Shown in pieces: positions 59,320 to 64,000 of a DNA stretch of 64,000 bases (position 1 is the first letter of the stretch; every line of letters starts with the position of its first letter). The notes under the pieces are model-generated. The model had not been told where the DNA came from, searched no databases, and saw only the letters and a program-made list of their open reading frames with translations. The position numbers and the translations under genes were made by a program. This DNA comes from Camelus dromedarius (lineage: Eukaryota). The stretch spans positions 47,184,001 to 47,248,000 of the forward strand of contig NC_087436.1 of the NCBI RefSeq assembly GCF_036321535.1, given 5' to 3'.

Positions 59320-62300
59320 GACTCGATGTCATGGTGGTTTATTGGATAAATACAAAGTATAGGCTCTTGCTTTTTTTTTATTAAAGCAAAGCCAAAGAGA
59401 TTAGAAACCAAGTAGACATATTCTGTTTAGAATAGAAACATAAATTAGTTTTAACTAACAATTAGGCACTTAAAATGTAAATGTAAAATGGCATTTTCAA
59501 GTACAAACGGTAGTTACACTCCTAAATTCCTCCTGAAATGTTTTTACAAACACAAAAGCACAAGCATGGAAAACATATTTCTAAACTAAGATAATTTCCT
59601 CTTTAAAAAAAAAAAGGAACCTGAATTCAAATCCCATATGATAGACCAATGACTAAAGTACTGGTGGGTAGGAAAAAGAGCTTCTGAAATTTACATATTT
59701 AATTAAAACATAAGCATTTAATAAAACTATTACAATAATATACAGTATATATCATAATGAAAAATATATGTCAGGAAAATAATGAATTCTACACTTAAAA
59801 TTTTACTTTACAACAAGGCACTTAACACACGGAAACAGTACAGTAAACTTCCAAAAGAAAGCAGTTGGCTACCTCTCAAACCTTGTAATAATATTTCTTT
59901 TGTGAATATAATATAACATAACCATACATTTTGCAGCATTAATCATTGCATAGGAGGTAAATTAAATAATGAATCCCAACTTGGCAACTAGATTACCTTA
60001 AGTTTATAGTTTCTTCTTTTTCTTTTAAAGGAAGTTTTAAATAATTTCACAATAAAGAACTATTCTCATTCATGATTCATTTAGAACACAGCTATATATA
60101 AATCAGAATTTATAAGGTGTGTATCTGTATAAAAAATTATCTTTGGGTACCTTTTGACACGATTTTTAGTGTTCAGGTATTGAAGTCAAGAGCACTTCTT
60201 AATAGAAGAAATATTTTTAGCAAGTAAGTCAAAGGAGTTAAATTATTGCAACACAATGACATTAAAAAAAAAAAAACAAAACACCAGGACTCTAAACACA
60301 CAAATAGAAAAGCCTTCAACACATGGCATATTAATTATAATATACTTGATTTAAACATGTAAACTCATTTATTAAATTCCTTCTCACACTTCCTTACACT
60401 ACAGAAGTGAGTGTGTTAAGACCAGCTTAAATTTTTAATCAGTTTTACAGTGCAAAACAAAAACAACATAAAAGAATTTAAAAAGAAATGTTCAAAATAT
60501 GCAAGGAACAAGATGTGAACTTTCAAATTAAAAAAGAAACTGCATGAGTTCTAGCATGTTAAAAAAAAACATGTAGGACTTTGAAACTTGGTGTTTCAAA
60601 ATAAACAAAGTATAGGTAGTTATAAAGGGAGACATTAATGATTGTGATGGTGAGAGGTAAAAATGGTCTGCATATTTTCTCTGATCAAATGGATAAAAGA
60701 TTAGAATTACAACTCCCTGTGATCTAAGCACGTTTTCCCTTTGGGAAAGGTTTAATATGTTTTTAAAATAATTCCTTTTTTGTGGTTCTTTCAGATTATT
60801 GGCAAAAATAATAAAAAACAAATGCCTTTTAAAAACTTGAAAATATCCTTTAAAAAGTTGCGTTTGTGTTCCAAGTTATATAACATATTTCCACAAGGGG
60901 GCACTGGTATACAGCAAAGAACCTTATGCAGCATCATCCAAGTGTCAACCAAGACTAGAAACTTGGGCTCACTCACAAGAGCCTTCCTTCCACAGAAAAA
61001 CATGTTTCCCAAGATGCCAGTAAATTAAATAACAAACTCAAAATTACTTTGGGTAGAACTGAATGGGGAAGAATGCTTTATTTTCCGAGCTAGCAGGGGA
61101 GCTCAAAAATTAGAATCTGAAAGGAATGGATTTCCATTTGAAAGAATATTTTTTAAATGATGCATCATTTATAGAAATATATCTATTATAGATATTGCAC
61201 AGAGGACTAAATCACAGAAAAGGCTCGTAACAGGAGCACTGGATTACAAAAACAAGGATAATAGATAAGATCTTGTATCTTGGTTAGCAAGAAAAAGGAG
61301 CTCCAAAATTTTACTGTTTCAAAAGGCAAGCTTGTAATTGTTTGGTTTCTTTAATTGAGGTATAACTGACATACAATATTATGTTAATTTTAGGTATACA
61401 ACATAATAATTTTTTACTTGTATATATTGTGAAATAATCACCACAGCAAGTCTAGTAATTAGGTTTTATATCCCAAAGTGGCATGTTGGGTTGAACTTCA
61501 AGTCTGCTTTCCTAAATGTATATGCTTTGATACTTCTCATATTTTCCCATCTTGAAACTTTGATATGTGCCCCCTTATTTTCATACCACATGCTTGCACA
61601 GCATTTATTAGAGAGCTATGACATGTATGTGCAAAGAACACAGGAGCAATAGTGTCTACACGTGGAGTCATGGATGTTTTTAAAGTTCTTTAAAAGGTGA
61701 TAGTATTATTTAAAAAAAACTAGATTACTTGACTAAAATGCAAGGTTTAAACTGTTTTCAAGGATCTCCAGCAATCAATACACTATGATTTTCAAAGCTT
61801 ATACACGTTTCCTTCCTCAATCTGCAGAGGACTGGGTTACCCAAGATGCAGTTGAATAAGGCTCTAAGGTATATATCAGGTTGTTTTATTTGAATTAGAG
61901 GCTCAAGGAATATACCAGTATTAGGAGAGCAAAACCTGGGCCTCAGTGCCAGATATTTCTTTTCACAATTAGCAGAAATTTAAAATCAGTGTTTTCAAGA
62001 AGAACACACCATTCTATCACATGTCAATATTTAATAAGTGAAAATTATGTAGCATTATGGCTAAACACATCAGGTAAGCTACACAAACGTTTCTTACTGG
62101 TTTACTTAATAATAAATACCAGAAAAACTTTTTGCATTTCGAAGCTTGCCCAGGATGTTTAGGATTTGCTTTCTTGTTTTAAATGTAACCAGATTAGTCT
62201 TTCTTTCTGCCTTTGAATTCAACCTTTAGTGTTTCTTTTTCACATGGAGAAAGAACCATACTGAAAACGTATACAGAATTTTAGCACCAAAGGACAATGA

Positions 62301-63882
62301 CCCTTCTGAATAGATCTGTATTGTGCTTCTCTTAAACGATTTAAGGTCAGCTCTGTGCACCAGATCTGGGCTCACTCATTTACAAGGACAAATCGAGGGA
62401 TGTTTTCATTCTAAGTGGAGGGAGTTTTCACCTTTAATATAAATGTAACTGCCTCCCTTCCACCCCTGTTGGCCTCTCCACCCTCTGACTAGTGTTAATT
62501 ATTTTGTAACCTTGAATCTTTTTCTAAGGTTACTAGAAGTCTAAAGAAATTAAGCCAAGAATTATCAAAAAGATTCAACAGCATTAATCAATGTACTAAA
62601 TCTGGTCAGATTTTTTTTTTAATCCTTTTTTTTTTTTTGCATCACCTGAAAGAACTTTAGAAACAGTTATTCCCCTTTACTGAGTAGCTGTAACTGTCTA
62701 ATACATGGGTTCCAGCCGTAGATTATAGTGCAGCACCGTGGTATCATTTCAGGGTCAAAGTAAAATTACTCAATTGTGGTATGTGTCCTTAGGACCAGTA
62801 TATAAGAAGCTAAGTCTCTTACCAAAAGGCAAGGATGCATTAAACTTTTGGACTCTATCTTGGTTCTTCCACAAAGCTCAATGTAACTAGGAAGAAATGG
62901 TTTTCAGTGAAATGTGACCAATTGTATTTGTGAGTTCCAATGAGCAGCTCTAAAACAGATCTCACATAGGGCATGACCTGGGAGAAAAACACGGGCTTGT
63001 TCCCCAAAGGGCATGAGCATCAGTTCACACACATACGTGTCTTCAGCCTGAGCTACACAGTCCACTGCCCTGGGGGTACAGGTGCCAATTTACCAGGCAG
63101 ACAGCAGGTAAGCGTGTGCATGAGACCATTCCTAGCAGGAACACCCCATGTTTCCCTGTGTGTCTGTCACAGAGATCTTACAATGAAATATTTACACACA
63201 TGTGGGGTGCGCCAAATACTTTTATATTATTTTAAAGCTTTTTTTTAAATTATAAAATTATCAGTTTAAAAAGAATAAAGTAAAAGTGATACACAGTACA
63301 TTGGGAGCAGCAGCAGTGCATATTCCCAGACCTGACCCTGACCTTCCCCTCGACGGGGAGGAAACAACGTTCACCCGAAGTCCACTCACGGCCCAGTGAG
63401 TGGATCGCCCCCTCGCCGGTAGGGCTAATGCTAAAAACCACTCTCAACATCAGGTGATTCTATTTACACAGTAGCTGTATATATCCAGATATTTTTATTT
63501 AAAACATTAACAAATTCTTTTGACCTTGGAGGGGGAAAAAAAATCCTGAAAAAAGTCTAAAGTGGAGCGCTTTAGTGGAGAAAGAATGAGGAAAGGAGTA
63601 GTATGTTCTTTGGCACCTCTTTAACAAGCTCATTAGTAAAGTCCCAGACTGAGGGCTTGTCACCAATGAATGAAGAGCCACGGGAGAATGTAACTTTCTC
63701 AGGACGAATAGAAAACCAGTCAAAAGGTAATACTTCATTCATCTTTCTAAGCATTTGCACAAAATTTGGTCCACTTCTTCATTTACCAGTCAGTTCTCCT
63801 AAAATAAAAAACAAAAAAAACTATACCTTTGGTTACAGCAATGACTCTTTTGGTGTAAGAGCTGATGCCTTTGCTTTGCTCC
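59320..63882 (-). other. SGMS2: Inferred long SGMS2 3'UTR (about 4.5 kb)
   Basis: Repeat-poor, AU-rich tract downstream of the SGMS2 stop. Candidate minus-strand AATAAA signals lie at 59338-59343 and 59377-59382. The true 3' end is inferred. Confidence 0.55.
61346..61458 (-). mobile_element. Short L1 3' tip within the SGMS2 3'UTR (sense to the gene)
   Basis: 'tttaattgaggtataactgacatacaatattatgttaattttaggtatacaacataat...caccacagcaagtctagt' is a typical reverse-complement L1 3' end. Confidence 0.75.
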
Positions 63883-64000
63883 TCAGGTAGACTTCTCATT
63901 ATCTTCACCGATCTTCTGAACCCGCGAATACTTCTTGCAGGATGATTTAAAGCAGCCGGGAGGCCAGGAGAGTGGCCAGGAGAAGCAGCAAGGAATTGAG
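63883..64000 (-). CDS. SGMS2: SGMS2 (sphingomyelin synthase 2) final coding exon, 3' part; continues beyond the window
   Basis: The minus strand translates to SIPCCFSWPLSWPPGCFKSSCKKYSRVQKIGEDNEKST* (TGA at 63883-63885), the SMS2 C-terminus with its cysteine cluster. This fits the SGMS2-CYP2U1-HADH synteny. The ORF track does not show it. Confidence 0.95.
   Translation of the reverse strand, partial: SIPCCFSWPLSWPPGCFKSSCKKYSRVQKIGEDNEKST

Overview
This is mammalian (eukaryotic) genomic DNA, most likely from a camelid because it carries Vic-1-type tRNA-derived SINEs. It is the SGMS2-CYP2U1-HADH block known from human 4q25, with all three genes on the minus strand. The window holds HADH exon 1 with its CpG-island promoter and about 18.8 kb of intron 1. 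It also holds a complete, intact 5-exon CYP2U1 (1635 nt, 544 aa), whose intron 3 uses a non-canonical GC donor. The last coding part and the long 3'UTR of SGMS2 lie at the right end. Between HADH and CYP2U1 is a plus-strand processed pseudogene of RCSD1 (CapZIP). It keeps a CpG-dense 5' end and contains a tiny nested polyadenylated retro-insertion with a 14-bp target-site duplication (TSD). The rest is interspersed repeats (L1, L2/MIR, MaLR and MER21 LTRs, hAT and Tigger MITEs) and simple repeats. I see no convincing new multi-gene system. The best leads are the RCSD1 retrocopy architecture, a recursive-splice or poison-exon motif in CYP2U1 intron 1, a GATA-FOX-GATA element in HADH intron 1, and a GC-box/G4 tandem repeat plus a perfect palindrome in the HADH promoter. 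Repeat family names are recognised by eye and need Dfam/RepeatMasker confirmation.
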